Origin: Eledone cirrhosa
Lineage: Eukaryota
DNA length: 64,000 nt
Assembly (NCBI GenBank): GCA_964016885.1
Contig: OZ024741.1
Location: 254,510,001 to 254,574,000 of the forward strand
Direction of reading: 5' to 3'
How positions within the stretch are numbered: the stretch's first letter is position 1; the number at the start of each line of letters is the position of its first letter. Shown here piece after piece: positions 40,261-55,500 of this stretch. Both the position numbers and the translations under genes were made by a program. A model generated the notes under the pieces. It saw only the letters and a list, made by a program, of their open reading frames with translations, was not told the DNA's origin and did not search any database.

Positions 40261-43200
40261 GAGAAAACAGCAACAACAACACCACTGGCACTGACACAGA
40301 AAACAGCAACAACAACAGTGGCACTGACACAGAAAACAGCAACAACTACAACAACACTGGCACTGACAGAGAAAACAGCAACAACAACAACACTGGCACT
40401 GACACAGAAAACAGCAACAACTACAACAACACTGGCACTGACAGAGAAAACAGCAACAACTACAACAACACTGGCACTGACAGAGAAAACAGCAACAACT
40501 ACAACAACACTGGCACTGACAGAGAAAACAGCAACAACTACAACATCACTGGCACTGACACATAAAACAGCAACAACAACAACACTGGCACTGACAGAGA
40601 AAACAGCAACAACAACAACACTGGCACTGACACAGAAAACAGCAACAACAGCAACAACACTGGCACTGACACAGAAAACAGCAACAACTACAACAACACT
40701 GGCACTGACAGAGAAAACAGCAACAACTACAACAACCCTGGCACTGACAGAGAAAACAGCAACAACTACAACAACACTGGCACTGACAGAGAAAACAGCA
40801 ACAACAACAACACTGGCACTGACACAGAAAACAGCAACAACTACAACAACACTGGCACTGACAGAGAAAACAGCAACAACTACAACAACACTGGCACTGA
40901 CAGAGAAAACAGCAACAGCAACAACACTGGCACTGACACAGAAAACAGCAACAACAGCAACAACAACACTGGCACTGACACAGAAAACAGCAACAACAGC
41001 AACAACAACACTGGCACTGACACAGAAAACAGCAACAACAACAACACTGGCACTGACAGAGAAAACAGCAACAACAACACTGGCACTGACAGAGAAAACA
41101 GCAACAACAACAACACTGGCACTGACACAGAAAACAGCAACAACAACAGTAGCACTGACACAGAAAACAGCAACAACTACAACAACACTGGCACTGACAG
41201 AGAAAACAACAACAACAACAACACTGGCACTGATACAGAAAACAGAAACAACTACAACAACACTGCCACTGACAGAGAAAGCAGCAACAACTACAACAAC
41301 ACTGGCACTGACAGAGAAAACAGCAACAGCATAACACTGGCACTGACACAGAAAACAGCAACAACTACAACAACACTGGCACTGACAGAGAAAACAGCAA
41401 CAACTACAACAACACTGGCACTGACAGAGAAAACAGCAACAACTACAACAACACTGGCACTGACACAGAAAACAGCAACAACTACAACAACACTGGCACT
41501 GACACAGAAAACAGCAACAACAACAACACTGGCACTGATAGAGAAAACAGCAACAACAACAACACTGGCACTGACAGAGAAAACAGCAACAACAACAACA
41601 CCGGCACTGACACAGAAAACAGCAACAACTACAACAACACTGGCACGGAAAACAGCAACAACAGCAACAACAACACTGGCACTGGTACAGAAAACAGCAA
41701 CAACAGCAACAACACTGGCACTGACACAGAAAACAGCAACAACAGCAACAACCGTGGCACTGACACAGAAAACAGCAACAACAGCAACAATAACACTGGC
41801 ATTGGCACAGAAAACAGCAACAGCAACACTGGAACTGACACAGAAAACAGCAACAGTAACAACAACAACACTGGCACTGACACAGAAAACAGCAACAACA
41901 ACAACACTGGCACTGACAGTGAAAATAGCAACAGCAACAACACTGGCACTGACAGTGAAAATAGCAACAGCAACAACACTGGCACTGACAGAGAAAACAG
42001 CAACAACAACAACACTGGCACCGACACAGAAAACAGCAACAACAACAACACTGGCACTGACAGAGAAAACAGCAACAACTACAACACTGGCACTGACAGA
42101 GAAAGCAGCAACAACAACAACAACACTGGCACTGACAGAGAAAACAGCAACAACTACAACAACACTGGCACTGACACAGAAAACAACAACAACTACAACA
42201 ACACTGGCACTGTCAGAGAAAACAGCAACAACAACAACACTGGCACTGACACAGAAAACAGCAACAACTACAACAACACTGGCACTGACAGAGAAAACAA
42301 CAACAACAGCAACAACACTGGCACTGACACAGAAAACAGCAACAACTACAACAACACTGGCACTGGCAGAGAAAACAGCAACAACTATAACAACACTGGC
42401 ACTGACAGAGAAAACAGCAATAACTACAACAACACTGGCACTGACACAGAAAACAGCAACAACTACAACAACACTGGCACTGACACAGAAAACAGCAACA
42501 ACTTCAACAACACTGGCACTGACAGAGAAAACAGCAACAACAACAACACTGGCACTGACACAGAAAACAGCAACAACTACAACAACACTGGCACTGACAG
42601 AGAAAACAGCAACAACTACAACAACACTGGCACTGACAGAGAAAACAGCAACAACTACAACAACACTGGCACTGACACAGAAAACAACAACAACTACAAC
42701 AACACTGGCACTGACACAGAAAACAGCAACAACAACAACAACACTGGCACTGACACATAAAACAGCAACAACAACAACACTGGCACTGACAGTGAAAATA
42801 GCAACAACAACACTGGCACTGACAGAGAAAACAGCAACAACAACAACACTGGCACTGACACAGAAAACAGCAACAACAACAACACTGGCACTGACACAGA
42901 AAACAGCAACAACTACAACAACACTGGCACTGACAGAGAAAACAGCAACAACTACAACACTGGCACTGACAGAGAAAACAGCAACAACAACAACACTGGC
43001 ACTGACAGAGAAAACAGCAACAACTACAACAACACTGGCACTGACACAGAAAACAGCAACAACTACAACAACACTGGCACTGACAGTGAAAACAGCAACA
43101 GCTACAACAACATTGGCACTGACAGAGAAAACAGCAACAACAACAACACTGGCACTGACACAGAAAACAGCAACAACTACAACAAAACTGGCACTGACAG

Positions 43201-43769
43201 AGAAAACAGCAAAAACTACAACAACACTGGCACTGACAGAGAAAACAGCAACAACTACAACAACACTGGCACTGACACAGAAAACAGCAACAACAACAAC
43301 ACTGGCACTGACACAGAAAACAGCAACAACTACAACAACACTGGCACTGACAGAGAAAACAGCAACAACAACAACACTGGCACTGACAGAGAAAACAGCA
43401 ACAACTACAACAACACTGGCACTGACAGAGAAAACAGCAACAACTACAACAACACTGGCACTGACACAGAAAACAGCAACAACTACAACAACAGTGGCAC
43501 TGACAGAGAAAACAGCAACAACAACAACACTGGCACTGACAGAGAAAACAGCAACAACAACAACACTCGCACTGACAGAGAAAACAGCAACAACAACAAC
43601 ACCGGCACTGACACAGAAAACAGCAACAACTACAACAACACTGGCACTGACAGAGAAAACAGCAACAACTACAACAACACTGGCACTGACAGAGAAAACA
43701 GCAACAACAACAACACTGGCACTGACACAGAAAACACCAACAACAGCAACAACAACAGTGGCACTGACA

Positions 43770-46700
43770 AGAAAACAGCAACAACAGCAACAATAACACT
43801 GGCACTGGCACAGAAAACAGCAACAGCAACAACAACAACAACACTGGAACTGACACAGAAAACAGCAACAGTAACAACAACAACACTGGCACTGACACAG
43901 AAAACAGCAACAGCAAGAACACTGGCACTGACACAGAAAACAGCAACAACTACAACAACACTGGCACTGACACAGAAAACAGCAACAACAGCAACAACAG
44001 TGGCACTGACACAGAAAACAGCAACAACAGGAACAATAACACTGGCACTGGCACAGAAAACAGCAACAACAGCAACAACAGTGGCACTGACACAGAAAAC
44101 AGCAACAACAGGAACAATAACACTGGCACTGGCACAGAAAACAGCAACAGTAACAACAACAACACTGGCACTGACGCAGAAAACAGCAACAACAACAGTG
44201 GCACTGACACAGAAAACAGCAACAAGAACAGTGGCACTGACACAGAAAACAGCAACAGTAACAACAACAACACTGGCACTGACACAGAAAACAGCAACAA
44301 CAACAACAACACTGGCACTGACACAGAAAACAGCAACAACAACAACACTGGCACTGACAGTGAAAATAGCAACAACAACAACACTGGCACTGACAGAGAA
44401 AACAGCAACAACAACAACAACACTGGCACTGACAGAGAAAACAGCAACAACTACAACACTGGCACTGACAGAGAAAACAGCAACAACAACAACAACACTG
44501 GCACTGACAGAGAAAACAGCAACAACTACAACAACACTGGCACTGACACAGAAAACAGCAACAACAACAACAAAACTGGCACTGACAGAGAAAACAGCAA
44601 CAACAACAACAACACTGGTACTGACAGAGAAAACAGCAACAACAACAACACTGGCACTGACAGAGAAAACAGCAACAACAACAACACTGGCACTGACAGA
44701 GAAAACAGCAACAACAACAACACCGGCACTGACACAGAAAACAGCAACAAGTACAACAACACTGGCACTGACAGAGAAAACAGCAATAACTACAACAACA
44801 CTGGCACTGTCAGAGAAAACAGCAACAACAACAACACTGGCACTGACAGAGAAAACAGCAACAACTACAACACTGGCACTGCCAGAGAAAACAGCAACAG
44901 CAACAACACTGGCACTGACACAGAAAACCGCAACAACAGCAACAACAACACTGGGACTGACACAGAAAACAGCAACAACAGCAATAACAATGGCACTGAC
45001 ACAGAAAACAGCAACAACAACAACACTGGCACTGACAGAGAAAACAGCAACAACAACACTGGCACTGACAGAGAAAACAGCAACAACAACTACACTGGCA
45101 CTGACACAGAAAACAGCAACAACAACAGTGGCACTGACACAGAAAACAGCAACAACTACAACAACACTGGCACTGACAGAGAAAACAGCAACAACAACAA
45201 CACTGGCACTGACACAGAAAACAGCAACAACTACAACAACACTGGCACTGACACAGAAAACAGCAACAACTTCAACAACACTGGCACTGACAGAGAAAAC
45301 AGCAACAACAACAACAACACTGGCACTGACACAGAAAACAGCAACAACTACAACAACACTGGCACTGACAGAGAAAACAGCAACAACTACAACAACACTG
45401 GCACTGACAAAGAAAACAGCAACAACTACAACAACAATGGCACTGACACAGAAAACAGCAGCAACTACAACAACACTGGCACTGACACAGAAAACAGCAA
45501 CAACAACAATAACACTGGCACTGACACAGAAGACAGCAACAACAACAACACTGGCACTGACAGTGAAAATAGCAACAACAACAACACTGGCACTGACAGA
45601 GAAAACAGCAACAACTACAACAACACTGGCACTGACACATAAAACAGCAACAACTTCAACAACACTGGCACTGACAGAGAAAACAGCAACAACAACAACA
45701 CTGCCACTGACAGAGAAAACAGCAACAACTACAACAACACTGGCACTGACACAGAAAACAGCAACAACTACAACAACACTGGCACTGACAGTGAAAACAG
45801 CAACAACTACAACAACATTGGCACTGACAGAGAAAACAGCAACAACAACAACACTGGCACTGACACAGAAAACAGCAACAACTACAACAAAACTGGCACT
45901 GACAGAGAAAACAGCAACAACTACAACAACACTGGCACTGACAGAGAAAACAGCAACAACTACAACAACACTGGCACTGACACAGAAAACAACAACAACA
46001 ACAACACTGGCACTGACACAGAAAACAGCAACAACTACAACAACACTGGCACTGACAGAGAAAACAGCAACAACAACAACACTGGCACTGACAGAGAAAA
46101 CAGCAACAACTACAACAACACTGGCACTGACAGAGAAAACAGCAACAACTACAACAACACTGGCACTGACAGAGAAAACAGCAATAACTACAACAACACT
46201 GGCACTGTCAGAGAAAACAGCAACAACAACAACACTGGCACTGACACAGAAAACAGCAACAACTACAACACTGGCACTGTCAGAGAAAACAGCAACAACT
46301 ACAACAACACTGGCACTGCCAGAGAAAACAGCAACAGCAACAACACTGGCACTGACACAGAAAACCGCAACAACAGCAACAACAACACTGGGACTGACAC
46401 AGAAAACAGCAACAACAGCAATAACAATGGCACTGACACAGAAAACAGCAACAACAACAACACTGGCACTGACAGAGAAAACAGCAACAACAACACTGGC
46501 ACTGACAGAGAAAACAGCAACAACAACAACACTGGCACTGACACAGAAAACAGCAACAACAACAGTGGCACTGACACAGAAAACAGCAACAACTACAACA
46601 ACACTGGCACTGACACAGAAAACAGCAACAACAACAACACTGGCACTGACACAGAAAACAGCAACAACTACAACAACACTGGCACTGACACAGAAAACAG

Positions 46701-49576
46701 CAACAACTTCAACAACACTGGCACTGACAGAGAAAACAGCAACAACAACAACAACACTGGCACTGACACAGAAAACAGCAACAACTACAACAACACTGGC
46801 ACTGACAGAGAAAACAGCAACAACTACAACAACACTGGCACTGACAGAGAAAACAGCAACAACTACAACAAAAATGGCACTGACACAGAAAACAGCAACA
46901 ACTACAACAACACTGGCACTGACACAGAAAACAGCAACAACAACAATAACACTGGCACTGACACAGAAAACAGCAACAACAACAACACTGGCACTGACAG
47001 TGAAAATAGCAACAACAACAACACTGGCACTGACAGAGAAAACAGCAACAACTACAACAACACTGGCACTGACACAGAAAACAGCAACAACTTCAACAAC
47101 ACTGGCACTGACAGAGAAAACAGCAACAACAATAACACTGGCACTGACAGAGAAAACAGCAACAACTACAACAACACTGGCACTGACACAGAAAACAGCA
47201 ACAACTACAACAACACTGGCACTGACAGTGAAAACAGCAACAACTACAACAACATTGGCACTGAGAGAGAAAACAGCAACAACTACAACAAAACTGGCAG
47301 TGACAGAGAAAACAGCAACAACTACAACAACACTGGCACTGACAGAGAAAACAGCAACAACTACAACAACACTGGCACTGACACAGAAAACAGCAACAAC
47401 AACAACACTGGCACTGACACAGAAAACAGCGACAACTATAACAACACTGGCACTGACAGAGAAAACAGCAACAACAACAACACTGGCACTGACAGAGAAA
47501 ACAGCAACAACTACAACAACACTGGCACTGACAGAGAAAACAGCAACAACTACAACAACACTGGCACTGACACAGAAAACAGCAACAACTACAACAACAG
47601 TGGCACTGACAGAGAAAGCAGCAACAACAACAACACTGGCACTGACAGAGAAAACAGCAACAACAACAACACTCGCACTGACAGAGAAAACAGCAACAAC
47701 AACAACACCGGCACTGACACAGAAAACAGCAACAACTACAACAACACTGGCACTGACAGAGAAAACAGCAACAACTACAACAACACTGGCACTGACAGAG
47801 AAAACAGCAACAACAACAACACTGGCACTGACACAGAAAACAGCAACAACAGCAACAACAACAGTGGCACTGACACAGAAAACAGCAACAACAACAACAA
47901 CACTGGAACTGACACAGAAAACAGCAACAGTAACAACAACAACACTGGCACTTACACAGAAAACAGCAACAGCAAGAACACTGGCACTGACACAGAAAAC
48001 AGCAACAACTACAACAACACTGGCACGGAAAACAGCAACAACAGCAACAACAACACTGGCACTGACACAGAAAACAGCAACAACAGCAACGACAGTGGCA
48101 CTGACACAGAAAACAGCAACAACAGGAACAATAACACTGGCACTGGCACAGAAAACAGCAACAGTAACAACAACAACACTGGCACTGACACAGAAAACAG
48201 CAACAACAACAGTGGCACTGACACAGAAAACAGCAACAAGAACAGTGGCACTGACACAGAAAACAACAACAGTAACAACAACAACACTGGCACTGACACA
48301 GAAAACAGCAACAGCAAGAACACTGGCACTGACACAGAAAACAGCTACAAATACAACAACTCTGACACTGACACAGAAAACAGCAACAACTACAACAACA
48401 CTGGCACTGACACAGAAAACAGCAACAACAACAACACTGGCACTGACACAGAAAACAGCAACAACAACAACACTGGCACTGACAGAGAAAACAGCAACAA
48501 CAACAACACTGGCACTGACAGAGAAAACAGCAACAACAACAACACCGGCACTGACACAGATTTCAGCAACAACTACAACAACACTGGCACTGACAGAGAA
48601 AACAGCAACAACTACAACAACACTGGCACTGACACAGAAAACAGCAACAACTACAACAACACTGGCACTGACAGAGAAAACAGCAACAACAACAACACTG
48701 GCACTGACACAGAAAACAGCAACAACTACAACACTGGCACTGACAGAGAAAACAGCAACAACTACAACAACACTGGCACTGACAGAGAAAACAGCAACAG
48801 CAACAACACTGGCACTGACACAGAAAACAGCAACAACAGCAACAACAAGACTGGCACTGACACAGAAAACAGCAACAACAGCAATAACAATGGCACTGAC
48901 ACAGAAAACAGCAACAACAACAACACTGGCACTGACAGAGAAAACAGCAACAACAACACAGGCACTGACAGAGAAAACAGCAACAACAACACCACTGGCA
49001 CTGACACAGAAAACAGCAACAACAACAGTGGCACTGACACAGAAAACAGCAACAACTACAACAACACTGGCACTGACAGAGAAAACAGCAACAACAAGAA
49101 CACTGGCACTGACACAGAAAACAGCAACAACTACAACAACACTGGCACTGACAGAGAAAACAGCAACAACTACAACAACACTGGCACTGACAGAGAAAAC
49201 AGCAACAACTACAACAACACTGGCACTGACAGAGAAAACAGCAACAACTACAACATCACTGGCACTGACACAGAAAACAGCAACAACAACAACACTGGCA
49301 CTGACAGAGAAAACAGCAACAACAACAACACTGGCACTGACAGAGAAAACAGCAACAACAGCAACAACACTGGCACTGACACAGAAAACAGGAATAACTA
49401 CAACAACACTGGCACTGACAGAGAAAACAGCAACAACTACAACAACCCTGGCACTGACAGAGAAAACAGCAACAACTACAACAACACTGGCACTGACAGA
49501 GAAAACAGCAACAACTACAACAACACTGGCACTGACAGAGAAAACAGCAACAGCAACAACACTGGCACTGACATAG
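43770..49576 (+). other. Long stop-free Thr-rich repeat frame, not shown to be a gene
   Basis: ORF track 44000..49576, bounded by a 1-bp deletion at ~43770 and a CAG>TAG change at 49574. Confidence 0.13.
44760..47500 (+). repeat. ~1,437-bp-offset diverged tandem duplication (approximate bounds)
   Basis: CTGGGACTG at 44951 and 46388. CTGCCAGAG, GCAATAACT and CTGTCAGAG variants occur in the same order in both copies. Confidence 0.75.
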
Positions 49577-52500
49577 AAAACAGCAACAACAGCAACAACA
49601 ACACTGGCACTGACACAGAAAACAGCAACAACAGCAACAACAACACTGGCACTGACACAGAAAACAGCAACAACAACAACACTGGCACTGACAGAGAAAA
49701 CAGCAACAATAACACTGGCACTGACAGAGAAAACAGCAACAACAACAACACTGGCACTGACACAGAAAACGGCAACAACAACAGTGTCACTGACACAGAA
49801 AATAGCAACAACTACAACGACACTGGCACTGACAGAGAAAACAACAACAACAACAACACTGGCACTGATACAGAAAACAGAAACAACTACAACAACACTG
49901 GCACTGACAGAGAAAGCAGCAACAACTACAACAACACTGGCACTGACAGAGAAAACAGCAACAGCATAACACTGGCACTGACACAGAAAACAGCAACAAC
50001 TACAACAACACTGGCACTGACAGAGAAAACAGCAACAACTACAACAACACTGGCACTGACAGAGAAAACAGCAACAACTACAACAACACTGGCACTGACA
50101 CAGAAAACAGCAACAACAGCAACAACAACACTGGCACTGACACAGAAAACAGCAACAACAGCAACAACAACACTGGCACTGACACAGAAAACAGCAACAA
50201 CAACAACACTGGCACTGACAGAGAAAACAGCAACAACAACACTGGCACTGACACAGAAAACAGCAACAACAACAACACTGGCACTGACACAGAAAACAGC
50301 AACAACAACAACACTGGCACTGACAGTGAAAATAGCAACAACAACAACACTGGCACTGACAGAGAAAACAGCAACAACAGCAACAACACTGGCACTGACA
50401 GAGAAAACAGCAACAACTACAACACTGGCACTGACAGAGAAAACAGCAACAACAACAACAACACTGGCACTGACAGAGAAAACAGCAACAACTACAACAG
50501 CACTGGCACTGACACAGAAAACAGCAACAACAACAACAAAACTGGCACTGACAGAGAAAACAGCAACAACTACAACAACACTGGCACTGACAGAGAAAAC
50601 AGCAACAACAACAACACTGGCACTGACAGAGAAAACAGTAACAACAACAACACTGGCACTGACAGAGAAAACAGCAACAACAACAACACCGGCACTGACA
50701 CAGAAAACAGCAACAACTACAACAACACTGGCACTGACAGAGAAAACAGCAACAACTAAAACAACACTGGCACTGTCAGAGAAAACAGCAACAACAACAA
50801 CACTGGCACTGACACAGAAAACAGCAACAACTACAACACTGGCACTGACAGAGAAAACAGCAACAACTACAACAACACTGGCACTGACAGAGAAAACAGC
50901 AACAGCAACAACACTGGCACTGACACAGAAAACCGCAACAACAGCAACAACAACACTGGGACTGACACAGAAAACAGCAACAACAGCAATAACAATGGCA
51001 CTTACACAGAAAACAGCAACAACAACAACACTGGCACTGACAGTGAAAATAGCAACAGCAACAACACTGGCACTGACAGTGAAAATAGCAACAGCAACAA
51101 CACTGGCACTGACAGAGAAAACAGCAACAACAACAACACTGGCACCGACACAGAAAACAGCAACAACAACAACAACACTGGCACTGACAGAGAAAACAGC
51201 AACAACTACAACACTGGCACTGACAGAGAAAGCAGCAACAACAACAACAACACTGGCACTGACAGAGAAAACAGCAACAACTACAACAACACTGGCACTG
51301 ACACAGAAAACAACAACAACTACAACAACACTGGCACTGACAGAGAAAACAGCAACAACTACAACAACACTGACACTGACAGAGAAAACAACAACAACAG
51401 CAACAACACTGGCACTGACACAGAAAACAGCAACAACTACAACAACACTGGCACTGGCAGAGAAAACAGCAACAACTACAACAACACTGGCACTGACAGA
51501 GAAAACAGCAACAACTACAACAACACTGGCACTGACACAGAAAACAGCAACAACTACAACAACACTGGCACTGACACAGAAAACAGCAACAACTTCAACA
51601 ACACTGGCACTGACAGAGAAAACAGCAACAACAACAACACTGGCACTGACACAGAAAACAGCAACAACTACAACAACACTGGCACTGACAGAGAAAACAG
51701 CAACAACTACAACAACACTGGCACTGACAGAGAAAACAGCAACAACTACAACAACACTGGCACTGACACAGAAAACAGCAACAACTACAACAACACTGGC
51801 ACTGACAGAGAAAACAGCAACAACAACAACAACACTGGCACTGACAGAGAAAACAGCAACAACTACAACAACACTGGCACTGACAGAGAAAACAGCAACA
51901 ACTACAACAACACTGGCACTGACACAAATAACAGCAACAACTACAACAACAGTGGCACAGACAGAGAAAACAGCAACAACAACAACACTGGCACTGACAG
52001 AGAAAACAGCAACAACAACAACACTGGCACTGACAGAGAAAACAGCAACAACAACAACACCGGCACTGACACAGAAAACAGCAACAACTACAACAACACT
52101 GGCACTGACAGAGAAAACAGCAACAACTACAAGAACACTGGCACTGACAGAGAAAACAGCAACAACAACAACACTGGCACTGACACAGAAAACAGCAACA
52201 ACAACAGTGGCACTGACACAGAAAACAGCAACAACAGCAACAATAACACTGGCACTGAAAACAGCAACAGCAACAACAACAACAACACTGGAACTGACAC
52301 AGAAAACAGCAACAGTAACAACAACAACACTGGCACTGACACAGAAAACAGCAACAGCAAGAACACTGGCACTGACACAGAAAACAGCAACAACTACAAC
52401 AACTCTGACACTGACACAGAAAACAGCAACAACTACAACAACACTGGCACTGACACAGAAAACAGCAACAACAACAACACTGGCACTGACAGAGAAAACA

Positions 52501-55500
52501 GCAACAACAACAACACTGGCACTGACAGAGAAAACAGCAACAACAACAACACCGGCACTGACACAGATTTCAGCAACAACTACAACAACACTGGCACTGA
52601 CAGAGAAAACAGCAACAACTACAACAACACTGGCACTGACACAGAAAACAGCAACAACTACAACAACACTGGCACTGACAGAGAAAACAGCAACAACAAC
52701 AACACTGGCACTGACACAGAAAACAGCAACAACTACAACACTGGCACTGACAGAGAAAACAGCAACAACTACAACAACACTGGCACTGACAGAGAAAACA
52801 GCAACAGCAACAACACTGGCACTGACACAGAAAACAGCAACAACAGCAACAACAAGACTGGCACTGACACAGAAAACAGCAACAACAGCAATAACAATGG
52901 CACTGACACAGAAAACAGCAACAACAACACTGGCACTGACAGAGAAAACAGCAACAACAACACTGGCACTGACAGAGAAAACAGCAACAACAACACCACT
53001 GGCACTGACACAGAAAACAGCAACAACAACAGTGGCACTGACACAGAAAACAGCAACAACTACAACAACACTGGCACTGACAGAGAAAACAGCAACAACA
53101 ACAACACTGGCACTGACACAGAAAACAGCAACAACTACAACAACGCTGGCACTGACAGAGAAAACAGCAACAACTACAACAACACTGGCACTGACAGAGA
53201 AAACAGCAACAACTACAACAACACTGGCACTCACAGAGAAAACAGCAACAACTACAACATCACTGGCACTGACACAGAAAACAGCAACAACAACAACACT
53301 GGCACTGACAGAGAAAACAGCAACAACAACAACACTGGCACTGACAGAGAAAACAGCAACAACAGCAACAACACTGGCACTGACAGAGAAAACAGCAACA
53401 ACTACAACAACACTGGCACTGACAGAGAAAACAGCAACAACTACAACAACCCTGGCACTGACAGAGAAAACAGCAACAACTACAACAACACTGGCACTGA
53501 CAGAGAAAACAGCAACAACTACAACAACACTGGCACTGACAGAGAAAACAGCAACAGCAACAACACTGGCACTGACACAGAAAACAGCAACAACAGCAAC
53601 AACAACACTGGCACTGACACAGAAAACAGCAACAACAGCAACAACAACACTGGCACTGACACAGAAAACAGCAACAATAACACTGGCACTGACAGAGAAA
53701 ACAGCAACAACAACAACACTGGCACTGACACAGAAAACAGCAACAACAACAGTGTCACTGACACAGAAAACAGCAACAACTACAACAACACTGGCACTGA
53801 CAGAGAAAACAACAACAACAACAACACTGGCACTGATACAGAAAACAGAAACAACTACAACAACACTGGCACTGACAGAGAAAGCAGCAACAACTACAAC
53901 AACACTGGCACTGACAGAGAAAACAGCAACAGCATAACACTGGCACTGACACAGAAAACAGCAACAACTACAACAACACTGGCACTGACAGAGAAAACAG
54001 CAACAACTACAACAACACTGGCACTGACACAGAAAACAGCAACAACAGCAACAACAACACTGGCACTGACACAGAAAACAGCAACAACAGCAACAACAAC
54101 ACTGGCACTGACACAGAAAACAGCAACAACAACAACACTGGCACTGACAGAGAAAACAGCAACAACAACACTGGCATTGACACAGAAAACAGCAACAACA
54201 ACAACACTGGCACTGACACAGAAAACAGCAACAACAACAACACTGGCACTGACAGTGAAAATAGCAACAACAACAACACTGGCACTGACAGAGAAAACAG
54301 CAACAACAACAACAACACTGGCACTGACAGAGAAAACAGCAACAACTACAACACTGGCACTGACAGAGAAAACAGCAACAACAACAACACTGGCACTGAC
54401 ACAGAAAACAGCAACAACTACAACAACACTGGCACTGACAGAGAAAACAGCAACAACTACAACAACACTGGCACTCACAGAGAAAACAGCAACAACTACA
54501 ACAACACTGGCACTGACACAGAAAACAGCAACAACTACAACAACACTGGCACTGACACAGAAAACAGCAACAACTACAACAACACTGGCACTGACACAGA
54601 AAACAGCAACAACAACAACACTGGCACTGATAGAGAAAACAGCAACAACAACAACACTGGCACTGACAGAGAAAACAGCAACAACAACAACACCGGCACT
54701 GACACAGAAAACAGCAACAACTACAACAACACTGGCACGGAAAACAGCAACAACAGCAACAACAACACTGGCACTGACACAGAAAACAGCAACAACAGCA
54801 ACAACACTGGCACTGACACAGAAAACAGCAACAACAGCAACAACCGTGGCACTGACACAGAAAACAGCAACAACAGCAACAATAACACTGGCATTGGCAC
54901 AGAAAACAGCAACAGCAACACTGGAACTGACACAGAAAACAGCAACAGTAACAACAACAACACTGGCACTGACACAGAAAACAGCAACAACAACAACACT
55001 GGCACTGACAGTGAAAATAGCAACAGCAACAACACTGGCACTGACAGTGAAAATAGCAACAGCAACAACACTGGCACTGACAGAGAAAACAGCAACAACA
55101 ACAACACTGGCACCGACACAGAAAACAGCAACAACAACAACACTGGCACTGACAGAGAAAACAGCAACAACTACAACACTGGCACTGACAGAGAAAGCAG
55201 CAACAACAACAACAACACTGGCACTGACAGAGAAAACAGCAACAACTACAACAACACTGGCACTGACACAGAAAACAGCAACAACTACAACAACACTGGC
55301 ACTGACAGAGAAAACAGCAACAACTACAACAACACTGGCACTGACAGAGAAAACAGCAACAACTACAACAACACTGGCACTCACAGAGAAAACAGCAACA
55401 ACTACAACATCACTGGCACTGACACAGAAAACAGCAACAACAACAACACTGGCACTGACAGAGAAAACAGCAACAACAACAACACTGGCACTGACAGAGA

